NCBI GenBank assembly: GCA_003971905.1
Contig: RSEE01000009.1
Span: 372,001 to 436,000 of the forward strand
DNA: 64,000 bases
From: Moniliella sp. 'wahieum'
Lineage: Eukaryota
Direction of reading: 5' to 3'
Part shown: positions 38,189 through 49,041 of the stretch, piece after piece
Position numbering within the stretch: the first letter of the stretch is position 1
Layout: the number at the start of each line of letters is the position of its first letter
The notes under the pieces: model-generated
What the model was told of the DNA's origin: nothing
Seen by the model: the letters and a program-made list of their open reading frames with translations, nothing else
The model's database searches: none
Made by a program: the position numbers and the translations under genes

Positions 38189-41100
38189 CCTGCTCTCACC
38201 GTACCTTGGAGCAGCCCGGTGGAGAGGGGGAGGCAGTTCTCAGGTGGCAGGAACAGACCACGTTGAAAACCAACGAGTGGAGTCTGCCGGCGACAGCATG
38301 GGACTGCTGAGGTAATGCGTTTTGACGTGAAGCATGATGTGCGTGACCGGCGGCCATCGCATGCGGCAACTACCGGCCGTTCTTTCCCCGACTGGGTTTT
38401 CATGCGTCGATGGCTGATCAGCGATCGGCGATCAGCGCTCAGCACGCTCACCCTCGCCCCGCAGTCTCGATCAGAGTCCCTCTCGGCCCGCCTTCGGTTT
38501 CCGCTTCCTCCTCCTTCTGTGTAATGCGGCCATCCCCACGGCATTTGGCCCCCACTCTGCATACAGCGCTCCCTTCGCCTCCCCTCCTCCCCTCCCCTTC
38601 TGTCCTCTTCGATCTCTGTAGTATATATCTATCTCGACAGCAAAAAATGGCTTCGGACAAATTATAGTACGAGAGCCTCTGCAGACCACGCACAGAGAAC
38701 TCGCTATGATGTGCACTGTGCCCGCAAGAGCCTGGATACTCTTGCTCTTCCTCCCATGCGAGCGACGAAGACAAATGATTGTTCTATCTTCTGCTCCATC
38801 TCGACCGCCACCAGAATGAGTTTTTGCCACTTGAGTCGGTGGGAAACGACAGAAAATATACCCGGGGCGAGGGCTGATGTGGGGGAGAGTAATCAATAGC
38901 CCAGTCACAAATGCAACAGGTTTACAAGACCTTCCCTTCCGTTTGATTGACTCACCACAAACCAAAGGACGACGATGGTGCACTCACAATGGTCTAGGTC
39001 TCTCGCATTTAACGAGTGTGGTGTGCCAAAAGTGCGACCTTCCTGAGAATGGAACATCGGCCTACACAGTCATTTCGGGATGGAAGGTGGGGAGGAGATT
39101 CCTCCTCTTCCCCATGGCAAGTGCGCCGTTGTTCCTTTACGTTTCTGCCGCCGGGCCTAAGGAGGGAGGCTCTACATCCTGAACAAAACGTTAGAGGAGA
39201 ATGCTTGGCGAATGGCGCTCCAATCTGAAGCACATTGTTTAACTCCTATAGATGGCCCTCCCGCCTTTACATTGAATATAATCCCGAAGAGAGAGATAAA
39301 TGGGGAAACCAATCCGGATATTCAGAGAGGGCAGGTCAGATCGTCGCATTTCCGTCAATAGCCTAAACGAGTAGGGCATAACGGCCTCTCTCTACCGTCT
39401 CGTGATGTTGGGAATCAGCCCCTTTGTTGATGGCAATGATTGGCCACCGCCCCCCACGTCTCGTTTTCGGGCCGTATCAGGTCATGACCAGTATCATGAT
39501 GGAGCTGTTTTTGGTAGCATTACGTAGCTTACTTCCCATCCCCCAGGATGGGAAGGGTTCTTCAAGTGCGTCTCCTTTCTGCCTGGCGATATTATACAGC
39601 TGTGATCAGGCTTACCCTGTGGTGGCAAAACTTATTGGCGTCCACCTTGGGCCATCTGTTGAAGAGGGCGTATAGTGATAAGTTGGTCGCACTTTGCGTT
39701 CAATCCAGATAGAGCAGATCACCGTTGTGCTGTACCGCCGCTTCCCCTTGAGCGCCCCCTTTTGGGGTCACCGTCCCCAAGGCGCCACAGGACGACAAAA
39801 CACACTCATGCCTGACACCATTTGATGGGGCCCGAGTGCGTTCGCCAATCGAGGTTCATCAGAAGATACACCCGGAGCATGCGCGCTGCACCGTGGACTC
39901 TCTCCTGTGGCGGCTGGAGTACAGTCTCATCTCCAAAGTACGTCAAGGGTGAGGAACCCATGCCCCCCGCGCAATGTAGGCAGTGCCCCGTGCGACTAGG
40001 ACATGGATCCGGCGATTACTTGAACGGACCGTGGTGTGGTAAATATTCCACGCTGTGGTGATGACAGCACATGCTCTGGTTGATGAGAGGCGGTCATTGT
40101 TCATGCAATTGCCAATGTGCTCATCGTCGGCGGTTACATTCGTCTGGGGGTACCAGTCATGTGGGAAAGCCACCCTCAGACCCTTCTCACTTCCTCCACC
40201 GCAGCAGAGTATGTGGCGAATGGCGAGGGTCTGCAAAGGCATAGTATCTCCGCAACGTCCTAGTCGAGTTTGATGTCTTACCTTCCGCTCATCCCATTCA
40301 CATCTGCAGCGACTGCCAAGCCGCCTACGATGTTGTCCGTGTTGGCACGAAACGGGTCGTTTGCGCCACCTCGATTATACCGAGCTGCCATGCGGTCGGG
40401 CCACTCTTGAGCACATACCTGGCACCGCCAACGCCGCGGATGTGCTAATCAAGGCGCTACCCCGTCCATTTCTTCAGCGCTCCCACAACGCATGATTCGC
40501 TTGTCAGGAGGCTGATTTCTCTTCCTCTCTCTCTCTCCAATGATCTTCCTTCCCCTACGTCTCCCGGATCCATTGCATCGGCGGGAGGAGCCTAGCCTTA
40601 CTTGTCTTGGCCATGTCGAGACCCAAAGGCTCAAAGGCTATAATACCGGTGGAAGTGAAGGGGGTCACACACGCTTACCCACCCGCTGTGCGTATGACCC
40701 TCTGTTCCAGATCCTCCTTGACCCTTTTGTGCCTCTCTCCCTCATCAAGCGTGGTTTACCGTGCGATTGCTTCTCCTTTTCCTCTGGTATATAAGGCACC
40801 ATTCCTTGCACCCTGAATGAATACCATCGGCATCCAAAACAATCTCGTCGTTCCTACACACACTATCACAAAAGGGTACGGCAGAGCAGAGTCAGTCCTG
40901 TAAACTAAGTGGTATATTGTGTCAAAGGGCTCATGAACTGGCCAGTGGGCACGGTGGTATGCGGTCCAAAAATGACAGAGGGGTGCCGCCGAACGCAAGT
41001 GGTGATAATGCAACCGAGGGAAGGCGCGCGCGCAATCTTCAGCACAGGGGGGGACGGAGCATAAAGCTCGAGGTCGTGAATGCCGGGGCGGCCTCGCGCA

Positions 41101-42078
41101 CGATAAACTTGATAAACACTGGACGTGCTTCACGCGACTGCAACGCAACCGTGTCATATGCCCCGTACTCAGGCTATCAGTAACATGTATGTCAGGAGAC
41201 GGAGATGGGGGAAAGGGTGCAGATGGATTGCATACATCTATGGACGCAGAGGAGGTATATGACCTCCTCAGGAAGGGGGCACAGTCGAGAGGTGGACACA
41301 GGATCTCCCAACTGATAGGAATCACGCCATAGTGCCCATACGGGCCTAGTGGCAAGGCCCCCTAGCACGGTGTGATTCTGACAATGTACAGGTCATCATG
41401 GGGACGGGCAGCAGTCAGCTAGTCAGGGGAGAAAAGTGGAGTTGACGTTGGGTTCCAGATCTGATAGAAAGAAGGTATTGTATCTAGAGAGACTCTCGCC
41501 CGGATCGATTTATCCGCGTCCACTTGTCCCATGTCATTATTTTTGGCAAGTCAATGGCGTCCCTTGTTCCATCTATGCCACCACCGGCCACCACTCTGGA
41601 ATAGTCCGAGTCATTAGCGTTGCTTGCTATGCCTCTGGCGCCTAGCAGCCCTTGAACGTAACCTGGTATACACGTGGTTGGTACTTGACACGTGTGCTTT
41701 CCAGACCCTTTCAGACCCTGGCGGCACGAGATGCCAGGAGATGCCGCGCTGTTTGGCCGCGTCTGGATCTGATGATCGATGATCCAATTACCCGGATGAT
41801 CGATGAAGCTTCCAGCTTAGCTTAGCGCTTACTTCCGCTTCAAGGCAGTGGATGGCAGTGGCCAGTGGGCGCTTGGAGGCGGCAGGGCAGAGGAGCAGGC
41901 AAGGAGGATGCGAGGATCCTGCTCGGGTTGTGGCGTTGCAACGTTGGAAGGGCAGGCCATCCGGGCATATCGCCTGCGTATGCCTTGCTGATCGCGCAGG
42001 GTGCGCCTGACCGGCTGACCTGAGCGCCTGAGCGCTCGTTCGTGCTCGCGCACTCACCAGCACTAGCTTTAGAGCCAC

Positions 42079-42136
42079 TGTGACATGTGACATGTGGCAT
42101 GTGACATGTGACATGTGACATGTGACATGTGACATG
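42079..42136. repeat. (TGTGACA)8 heptamer tandem array (one TGTGGCA variant)
   Basis: Read directly; the longest pure array of the ACATGT-G family in the window. Confidence 0.97.
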
Positions 42137-43205
42137 CTCACTAGCGGCCACCCAGCCCACCCAGCCCACCCACCTACCTGCTACGGCCTCCTACCACCTC
42201 CCGTTGACCATTCCCAGAATGCAACAGCGGTGCCAGGCGTGTCATGTGACGTGTGTGAAAAGACCGCTTGACCCCTGAGCGCCTCAGCGCCTCAGCGCCA
42301 ACGCTGACCGGTGACCGGTGTTTGTACATGAGGTGCCCCTGGTTTTTTCTTCCTTTTTCTCAAAAGGGTAACCGGTTACGCGCCGGCACCTGCCGGCACG
42401 CTTGGGTTGCATGTTACACGTTCAACGTATGCTAAACTTCGGCGATCCAAAGGGCCGAGGCACGGAGGGGCACGGCGCCAGTCTCTGCTCCGCTTTCCAG
42501 CTCAGCGCTCACTTCTTCTGCCGGCTTGCCTCACACAGTGCTGGTGGCGGGGTTGGGTGGGCCATCACATTGACGTTGCCCCAACTGGCAGGATGCAGTG
42601 CCTAGTTCTAGCTACCTAGCGGGTGCCACATGTTGCCACTGTCCAACTCGACCGCCCAACGTATCCAACACACCCTGTCCCGTTTCTTTTCCTGCTTGCC
42701 TCGTTCCCATGGCCCCTCCTTCGTCTTTGGGTTGCCATCCCATCCCATCTCAGACTCATCTCGGGCTCAGCGCTCATTGATCATCGAGCATTGCACAAGC
42801 CACATCCATGCAAAACTCTGCCGTAGCGCCAGAGCGCGCATTTTGTCTGCTCTCGGCATCCGGTCACACATACATTTGCCCACCCTGCTGCCCGCGTGGA
42901 TGCTCGCGTCTTTCAGGATGGATGATTGCGTTATTACCAACCCAGATCTGATTTCGGACTTCCGATGGGCCAGTCGCCATGCCAGGCACATGGCACTTCA
43001 ACTCAACCGTCGCGCCTCAGCGCCTCAGCTCAGCTTCAAGCTTCACGCTTCAACGTCTTTAGCCTTCAATAGTCCCCCCAACTTCAAGGTACACGCGAAA
43101 CCTCCAGCAAAGCTGGCGTGCCCTTTTTGGCTCCGTCTTGCCACCACCTTGTTCAGCCCCACAGCTCTCTCACCTCCGCCTCCCACTCCCTCCGTTCCCG
43201 TCGTC

Positions 43206-44939
43206 ATGTCGGCTTTCCCTTCACAAGGCTCGTCTCCCGACGGCACACCTCGCACGACCACCGACCTGGACGACAAAACGACGTCGAACGTCGGCTTGCT
43301 CCCTCTAGACCCGTTGAACGCGGATGGTGCCGCCTCCTCTCCTTTTACGGAGCAAGGCACACACCCTCTTTCGGCCTCCACCCGGCGCAAGCGCATCTAC
43401 ATTTTCTCAGCGGTTGTCGCCACCGTCATTGTGCTGGCCATCGCGCTGGGTGTAGGTCTGGGGGTTGGACTGAGTCACCACAAACACAAAGATTCGGATG
43501 AACAACATCGCCCTGGCTCCAGCCCCAAACGTTCTCTTCCCCCTTCTCCGGTGGGAGCCACGTTTTTGCGATTTGCCCCGTGTCCTAACGTCACCCAGGC
43601 CACTGTACCCCTCATGCACTCCTCCCTGTGGGCCGACCCAGAAGGCACAGCACCCAGCAACGCAACGATGGCTGTCGTGGTCCAACATGGGATTGGGCGT
43701 AACTTTGATGTCGCCTTTGCCGCATTGGCCCCCATTCTTGACCTTGACACGACGGTGCTCGTCTCGCCCAACTTTTATTACCCTACCGACGTGCCTCGGT
43801 TGCACAAGAATGGCGCTTACTCCAACTGGTTTAATGCTCGCAGACGCTGGCATGGGACCAGTTTGATTCTTGGGTGGGCGGGGGAGATCCAGTGGCGCCC
43901 AACGCGTCGGTCGCTGCTTCCCCCGAGGTGGTGGGGAAAGGTGCGGCATGCAGCACATACGATGTGCATGACCGCTTCTTTGATCTGTTTACCAATACCT
44001 CCCTCTACCCCAACATGCAACGCATCGTCTTTGCTGGCCATTCGGGCGGTGCAGCGCTCATGAGCCGATACGCTATGGTCAGTTCCGACCCGCCCCATGG
44101 ATCCAACATCACCCTCCGCTTTGTCCATGCCAACGCGCCCAACTTTGCCTACTGGACCTCCCAACGACCCAATGCTACCCATACGGAGAATTGCCCAGGA
44201 TGGGATGATTGGGACTATGGCATGCAAGGAACCAAGACGCGTTATGGCCTCCAAGCTCACCTTGCCCAAGTCAATGCTCTACAGGTATGCCCTCCCCCCC
44301 TCCCTCCCTCCGCCTACAACCCCACCACGTGACCCCTTTTGGCCGATGCACTAACCATCCACCTATTTTAGGCGCTACCTCGCTCGGGACATCATCGCCC
44401 TCCAGGGCAACATGGACACTCGTCGTTGGTTCCCTGTCGGGGACTACGATTGCTCTGTCGAAGCCCAAGGTGGAGACGACCGACGGGACCGGAACTATGC
44501 CTGGTGGGTCTACAAGAACTTGCTTGCCGGTTCCCCCACCAACGTGACCCAGTTCCCGTTTTACAACGAACTGCGAGCCCTCCTCCCTCCTCATACGTCA
44601 TTGCAAAACTCCACCTTGCCCGTGGGTGCTTTGCTCAACCAGACGGCCGGCTATACGTATACGGCCCATACGCCTGTGAGCGACGTTCGTGCGCGCGCGC
44701 ACTTGTTCCGGCACCGATTTTGTGTCGTTCCCGATGTAGGGCACGTGGCGGGGTTGATGTGGAACTCGTCGTGTGGCATTCAATCGTTTTCGTTGGAAGG
44801 TGTGCCGCCCACGCCGGCGTTTGCTTCGCTCCCGCCCCTGCAGCCCGACCACTTCACTCACCCCCTGGCGAACACTTCGCACCCCAGTAAGGGCCGCGCA
44901 AGGGGAATCAACTACTTAGGGGGCTGCATGTGCCCTTGA
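43206..44939 (+). CDS. Type II membrane-anchored alpha/beta hydrolase; intron 44285-44371; frameshifted
   Basis: RRKR followed by a TM helix (IYIFSAVVATVIVLAIALGVGLGVGL). Then AVVVQHGIGRN, the nucleophile elbow IVFAGHSGGA, RFVHANAP, YLARDIIALQGNMDT, DCSVEAQG and VVPDVGH. Confidence 0.75.
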
Positions 44940-46041
44940 CGTCCGTCAAAGAAGGCTCCATACATCATGCATCCCGGTCGGCCTTTGTTTCTCCACATCA
45001 CTATATTTACCGGCATCCCGATGCCAGAGCCCACTCTCCCTATCTCCTTCAGTACATCAGTACTACTCCGCGTGTTACCCCCAATTCCTCCTCCTTTCAT
45101 CGACTTGTCGTTGGTTGATCGCATCTCTTCGCTGTTTTGCTGTTCCGTCACCCCCCATCCCATCTTTTTGTGCCTACTTTCCCCCACCCACCCCTTACAT
45201 GACTTGCCTGGGGAGGTCACTGCTTGTCTCTTCAATTCCTTATGCATACCTATAATGTCGCGAATTGTTGCTGTCGTGTACCACGACACGGATGCGTTCT
45301 TTTTCTTTCGTGCAAGTGACGAAGAGGACCGAGAGGACTCAGTTCAGTACTCACGAGGATCCCTTGGCCAGTACCACGGCGACGGACCCACGCAAATCCC
45401 TTCTTCCCCCGTGACCATCACCCTACCCGCGCCCATTCCCACTGTAGTGGCTGTGCCTCTTGCGTTTACCCGAAGAATATTGTGGTTGAGAGAGGTTGGG
45501 GTTAAGGATGGCTGTGAGAGGGGAAATGGTCTACAATACCTGAGGCCTGAGACCTGAGAGTCGACTTCCCCTTGGGTCTCCGCAGACAACATAATTCTTT
45601 CCAAGCAGCTACCTAGCTCAGGCGGAAGAGCGGTGGGCTCATAAGTTGTCGTGTGACCCACAGGTCGTCGGATCAAGACCGACGGTAGCTACTTTTTTCA
45701 CGTTCAACTCTGGCAATAATGGCTGTGCATGTCAAGCAGGTTTCCGGCTTGGCTTAGTCCGATCAGCTCATCGACTACCGTCTGGTTCCCTCCCAAATGG
45801 CACCATGTAATATCCTACCGCGGAACCTGTTCCAGCCTTTCTTCAGTCGCATAGACAGGTCTGGTCAGTTACTAGGTAAATCGTAAGCATCAGTAGCATT
45901 GTCAGGCCGTAGGCCAACGAACCCCGCCATCGAGCACCATGAACATCATGCATCAAGCATCAATCATCAAGCTTCAAAGGCCAAGTACAGCCGATGGGGA
46001 AGTCCAAGATAGAAGAGGTGCATACATACGGCACTTCGTAC

Positions 46042-46561
46042 TCACTTGGCCTGCTGGGCAAGGTAGTACTGGTAACCATAGTACGCAGCGAGATGCCAAT
46101 GGGAATGAACATTAGCAACGAATTCCTGTGGGGATGGAAATTGAAGGGTCATATCTTGATGCAGAGAGGAGGTGAGAGAAAGGGGACGAACGATCGCCTT
46201 TGCTTGGGAGCCGTGGCAACCGTGGGAGAGGGGCCGGACTTCTGTAAAGAGGAAACGGAAAAGAGAGATCAGTATCCCATACAGGTTTTGTTTGGTCTCC
46301 CAATATTTTCACAAAACGTACCGCCACCCATCCAGCTGGCCCACCTTCATCGGGTCTAGCAACTGCCGCGCATCATCCGAGTGGCCCACATCGTCGAATG
46401 CTTCGGTCGCGTCCTTCCAGCCTCGGCCAGCAGCACTCATCGCCCCCCGGGTGCTCGTCGATAAAGTCAGTGACATTGTACACATTTCCATGGATCGCCA
46501 TCCAACAGTCGGACGCCTTGTTGTGTTCCGCAAGGGACGATGCGGCAATCTTGGTGGCCAT
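46042..46561 (-). CDS. CYB5: Cytochrome b5 (tail-anchored); probable introns in the 3' half; frameshifted
   Basis: EHNKASDCWMAIHGNVYNVTDFIDEHPGG...DATEAFDDVGHSDDARQLL heme-binding motifs. The C-terminal TM segment ends YYGYQYYLAQQAK*. Confidence 0.93.
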
Positions 46562-46709
46562 ATTGGATGTACTGGGTGGTGGGGGAAAGAGCAAGGCAGC
46601 TGGGTCCCAGCGCGCGGCTAAGAGTCAAGCTTCAAGCTCAAGGCTAGTAGAACGGAACGGGGAATGCGCACTGCACCACACACGCTATCGGTGCAAGCAG
46701 TTGGTGATC

Positions 46710-47290
46710 AATGATGTATGATGCACGATGCATGATGCATGATGCTGCCGCGCAATTTCACTTGTGGGTTGGAAATGAGCACGGGGGAGGCTGGCGCCGT
46801 GCTGGGCCCATTAATTTCATTATTAATGGCTGCTGGTGACCGGCCGTGGCCGGTGAATGGTCGGGCAGGGGGAGGCAACCACAATCGGCCGATGACATGT
46901 GAGCCCCACCATTCTCACTTCTCACCACCCGCCTCACCCTCAGCGTTGTTGGAACTTCATGGTGGTTCAATACATTGGATGTTGGCGCGTACTGACGCGC
47001 GTGACGGCGTGACGTTAGTGGCATGTTCAAGTTGACCTTCCCCGTTGTCACGGTCCTCTTAGCTAATCAGGTAAATTTTCTCGACTCGATCTTACTAGTT
47101 ACTCTTCACCGATAATGTTTTCCTACCCGCTACCGGCGCTACCAGTGCATCATGTAAGTAACTTCCCTTGGTACTTGGTCTCACCGTATCGCCCGACCGC
47201 CATTGAGTTGTTTGAATATTGACTTCAATAGTGACTAGTGACTTTGAGCTTCAAGCTTCAGGTTTCAAGCTTCAAGCTCTTCAAGTTGCT
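46710..47290. repeat. Heptamer palindrome arrays between divergent CYB5 and HMG-box genes
   Basis: GATGCATGATGCATGATGC 46727; AGTGACTAGTGACT 47230; AGCTTCAAGCTTCA 47247; TTCAAGCTTCAAGCT 47264. Confidence 0.9.
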
Positions 47291-47961
47291 TCAGAGGAGG
47301 GCAAACTTGCTCGTTTTGCGCAACGCATTCTAAGTATCTGGGTGAGCGCGTGAGCCATGGGAAGGCGCCAATGCCGTTAAGCGCATCGGCGGCGAGCCAA
47401 ATGACCATGAAGAGGTCGCGCTGAGACCATCGCCGGATTGGCCGCCCATGTCTCGTACAGCTGGGGGACCGGTGAGGAGGCCAGGATCCAGGACGCGATG
47501 GATACCAACGCCACCGGCGCTTTCGAGCACCTCACCCTCACCATCAAGCCAAGAGGAGGGATGGTCGACGGCGGCAGAAAGACCAGAGACGCGCCACCAA
47601 AAAGACCCAGCATTGCGCTGGGATGGACATTTAACCCGCGTTTATCAATGCCAAATCCCATTGATGCACGCATAACCGGCCCCTATCGGCCCCAACAGGC
47701 CAAGTGGAGAAGGGCGGAATAGCGATGGGAGGAATGTAGCTGGCTCGGCTATTATTCCTGGCCGAGGCGGAGGCCCAGCCTGCGCGCTGAGGCTTACGAT
47801 ACACTCCCCCCGCTGCCCACGGCACGGGACAGTGGGTTACGTCACAACTCGACGCGTCTCTCAGCGGGGGCCGATTGGATCGTCAGAGCAACAACAGGCC
47901 AGCCGCGGCGGCAGCCTGTACCCTCCTCACCACCACTTTCACCCCGGTTGACGTTGCTGCC

Positions 47962-48236
47962 ATGCTCTTTGCCCCTGCCCTCCGCTCCACCGCGCGCGCC
48001 ACGCCTGCCGCCGTCCGCTCCCTCCACCTCTCCGCTCCGGCGCTTCTGCCCAAGAAGGCCGCCAGTCGACGTACGACGCCAAGCCCAAGCGCGAGCCGAC
48101 GCAGTACAACCTCTTCGTCAAGAAGACGTACCCGATCATCAAGGCGGAGCATCCCGACCTTGAGGCCAAGTCCATCTCAAAGCACATTGCCGCTCGTTGG
48201 GCTGTCGCTCCTGAGAACAAGAACAGGAAGGCGTAA
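47962..48236 (+). CDS. Small HMG-box/YABBY-like protein with mitochondrial-type presequence; one frameshift
   Basis: MLFAPALRSTARATPAAVRSLHLSAPALLPKK, then in the shifted frame KPKREPTQYNLFVKKTYPIIKAEHPDLEAKSISKHIAARWAVAPENKNRKA*. Confidence 0.75.
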
Positions 48237-49041
48237 GAACCTCCTAATCGACATGTTCTATAGGAGCGCGTTCGCCATGGATTAGATGTGCCCAGCGTCT
48301 CCTCGGAGGCTATGAATACGCAGGAGCATGTGCCATGGATGATGGGTACGTGGCTATCAACGCCCTTACTTTCCGATACATTCCACTGACTTGAGCCGAC
48401 CTTCGCTTGCACAGCTACAGGGCATCTGATAGTTCATCCTTTGTGAGAACGCGCTTTGATTCAAGTTTCTTAAGGGTCCCCGGTTGCTGTTAGCTCTTTT
48501 TTCACCAAGTTCCTCTGTTCTTTGGTGTAAATGTTGTTGTCCATAGGGTACCTGTAGTGCGGCGGGCGCTAGGAAGCCGGTTCCCATTATGAGATCAATC
48601 GCAGTGCTGCTGAAGTCCTGTGCATGTACTGAACAGTACGCCGCCCCCTGTTACAAATATAACACTCGGCGAAAATCTGGCACCACTATTGGCGTGTTGT
48701 CTTAGAAGACTCCCGATGGCATTGGTGGTGTTTTCGTGAGGACCTCAATTCTTCCAGATGTCCTACCAGTTCATATGATGGCCAAGGAGGTGGATAGAGC
48801 CACGAACTTGGCGGCTGGAGTCTGTAGAAGGAACGGGGGGAAGCCAATGGTTGACATCAACACACCCGCTTTGACTGGACTATTAGCGTGAGGCTGCAAG
48901 CTGTGACATGTACTAACCGTTTGAAGGAAGCCCAACCAATCTTGCTTCGCCTGCAATCTGTGGTGTCGAAAACGGACATGATGTGTCGCTCGATAGTGGG
49001 CTAAAACGCAACAAATAAAATACAGTGCACAAGTAGTCTTT

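Noticed and set aside
36656..38266. 536-aa plus-strand ORF (likewise 61374..63203 minus)
   Set aside because: These are antisense shadows of real genes on the opposite strand.
44967..45557. 196-aa hydrophobic ORF
   Set aside because: Derived from CT-rich sequence right after the hydrolase stop; probably 3' UTR or intergenic.
2470..46561. ERG1 plus CYB5 as a sterol gene cluster
   Set aside because: They are ~42 kb apart with many unrelated genes between, and no other ERG genes were seen.
47330..47825. Short ORFs upstream of the HMG-box gene
   Set aside because: No motif support or clear start and splice structure.
816..48236. JAC1, MGM101 and the HMG-box gene as a mitochondrial-maintenance cluster
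   Set aside because: They are widely separated, and nuclear genes for mitochondrial proteins are common enough to co-occur by chance.
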